A stretch of 64,000 nucleotides of DNA from a virus (Duplodnaviria > Caudoviricetes), in the IMG/VR virus record IMGVR_UViG_3300015214_000029, positions 1 through 64,000 of that record; one strand, written 5' to 3'. Position numbers and translations under genes: made by a program. Shown piece by piece: positions 62,580 to 64,000 of the stretch. The first letter of the stretch is position 1. Every line of letters begins with the position of its first letter. The notes below the pieces were generated by a model, which was not told where the DNA came from, did not search any database, and saw nothing but the letters and a program-made list of their open reading frames with translations.

Positions 62580-63200
62580 TCACTTGCTGTACACCACCGT
62601 CACGCTCTGCCAGTTCCAGTAGGCTTCCTTGAGGTGCAGCCCTTTGATACGGGCGATCAGGGCCTCGACCTGCTGGGTATTGCGCAGCCGGTACCAGTTG
62701 CGGGTGCCGTCCTCACGTACCAGGGTGATGCGGGTCATCCGGTAGGACGTGTCCTCTGTCAGATCCAGCCGGACTTCCAGCCCGACCAGTGGGGACACCG
62801 TGAAGTTGTCCCGGTAGGTCTTGCACTGGGCATACACGAACCCGTTGTCATCTTCCCACAGGTCGATGTACTCCACGTTGTAAAGCTCGGGAAAGATGTG
62901 CCAGTCCGAGATATCCATGAACTCGGTACGCCCCGGCACCCAACGGAAGTTGAGGCACCGGCCTTCGTCATACAGGGCCCGCTCTTCATCCTCGTCTACC
63001 CAGTCGGGCAGGTTGTCCGGGTCCCAGCCGTTGAACTGGCAATACTCCCGCCAGTTCTGTTCCTCTACCTCGGGGTCGTCATATGGCTCGGGGTCGTTCA
63101 GCCAGGCATACACCTCGTAAGGCGTACACCCCTCGAACTTGCCCGGACCCCGGGCGATCCCCTCATAGTGGGCACGGACCGCAGCCTTGTGTGTACTCAT
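62580..63200 (-). CDS. Hypothetical acidic protein
   Basis: GAGAGGAGTCTAGTATG leader; 206 aa. Confidence 0.6.
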   Translation of the reverse strand: MSTHKAAVRAHYEGIARGPGKFEGCTPYEVYAWLNDPEPYDDPEVEEQNWREYCQFNGWDPDNLPDWVDEDEERALYDEGRCLNFRWVPGRTEFMDISDWHIFPELYNVEYIDLWEDDNGFVYAQCKTYRDNFTVSPLVGLEVRLDLTEDTSYRMTRITLVREDGTRNWYRLRNTQQVEALIARIKGLHLKEAYWNWQSVTVVYSK

Positions 63201-63275
63201 ACTAGACTCCTCTCAGTCATAGGTTAATGCGTCCAGTGGTGTGCCCTACCGGGGCAGGGCACACGGCTGGCAGCA

Positions 63276-63596
63276 CTAACGGGTCGGCGATAGCGACCGG
63301 TGTTGAGCGGTCACCCGCTCGACCAGTTCGAACGGTACGCCGTCCAGACGGAAGGCACCGTTCTCGGGGATGGGGTCGGTGACGAAGTTCCCGAGCTTGA
63401 CCAGGATCTCTACTGCCTTACGTCTATCTCCCCCAGCATACCGCTGGGCGAAGACTTTGAACCCCTTACGCGCACCCCGCAGCCGCTCTTCCGGGGTCAG
63501 GTGGTGCGCCCGGGGGCTATGCCGGGAGATATGCCCGGCGATCTGCCAGCGGTTCCACCCGGTGAAGGGTCTCCCGCACACTGCACATTCTCTCAT
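63276..63596 (-). CDS. C2H2-type zinc-finger hypothetical protein
   Basis: CAVC...H...H; GAGAGGAGTC leader. Confidence 0.55.
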   Translation of the reverse strand: MRECAVCGRPFTGWNRWQIAGHISRHSPRAHHLTPEERLRGARKGFKVFAQRYAGGDRRKAVEILVKLGNFVTDPIPENGAFRLDGVPFELVERVTAQHRSLSPTR

Positions 63597-63731
63597 GACT
63601 CGACTCCTCTCAGGACTGTTCACACTAGACTCCCTTCTATTCAGCAATGCACTGAGGGGTGTGCCCGGTCATACTACGTTGGTCGGGTACACTGCACCCT
63701 TCCTGTAGCCCGGGCACACAGTCTCAGGGCA

Positions 63732-63971
63732 CTACTGTTCGGGCTTGTCATCCGGCAGCGTCACGCTGATGGTGATGCTGTTCAGGATGCGCTCGAACTC
63801 TTCGCCGGTCACCCGGTCCGCCTTGTCACCCCCATCGATGATGTTGAGGTGTTGCCCGGTGGTCGGGCCCCAGTCGTTTTCCCGCACGATCAGCCCCTTA
63901 CCGGGGATGAACACGGCGACCGGGGTGGAGTAGGAAAACCATAGGGCAATTGGCCCCAGGTCTACCTTCAT
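63732..63971 (-). CDS. Hypothetical phage protein
   Basis: 'FSYSTPVA' and 'WGPTTGQHLNII' resemble a recurrent small phage protein family. Confidence 0.55.
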   Translation of the reverse strand: MKVDLGPIALWFSYSTPVAVFIPGKGLIVRENDWGPTTGQHLNIIDGGDKADRVTGEEFERILNSITISVTLPDDKPEQ

Positions 63972-64000
63972 GGCGTTGTGCCGGGGTTCCGGTCGGTAGG

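Noticed and set aside
1-64000. tnpA, terminase, portal, reverse transcriptase/DGR
   Set aside because: No HUH Y1, terminase ATPase, portal or YxDD RT motifs recognised; packaging genes probably lie outside the window

Overview
This GC-rich window covers most of a siphovirus-type (long non-contractile tail) phage or prophage genome. Terminase and portal genes are not in the window. The left arm (61-30070, + strand) is the virion operon. It encodes a protease/scaffold, major capsid, two very large carbohydrate-binding tail proteins (malectin, GH26, Gp37/Tal-like), a sugar-dehydratase plus glycosyltransferase cluster, connector, tail tube, tail chaperone, tape measure and Dit. The right arm (30178-64000, mostly - strand) holds lysis, replication and accessory genes: M23 peptidase, MazG, SleB-like hydrolase, tRNA-Trp, Xer/Cre-type recombinase, three classes of DNA methyltransferase, PolA, DnaB, primase and UvrD. 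Five observations stand out. (1) An 85-nt tmRNA reduced to its tRNA-like domain, with no tag ORF (62452-62536). (2) Three IS200/IS605 (IS1341-type) elements, each inserted at a stop codon that its own right end restores. One has replaced most of tnpB with a cytosine methyltransferase but kept both ends and the 3' omega-RNA region. (3) An M.AvaI-like methyltransferase between 119-bp direct repeats carrying a promoter and a loxP-like 13-8-13 palindrome, next to the recombinase. (4) A membrane-anchored HTH gene overlapping a dense YGTCA repeat array near an AT-rich tract. (5) A likely virion glycosylation module. All family assignments come from motif recognition by eye; no database search was run.
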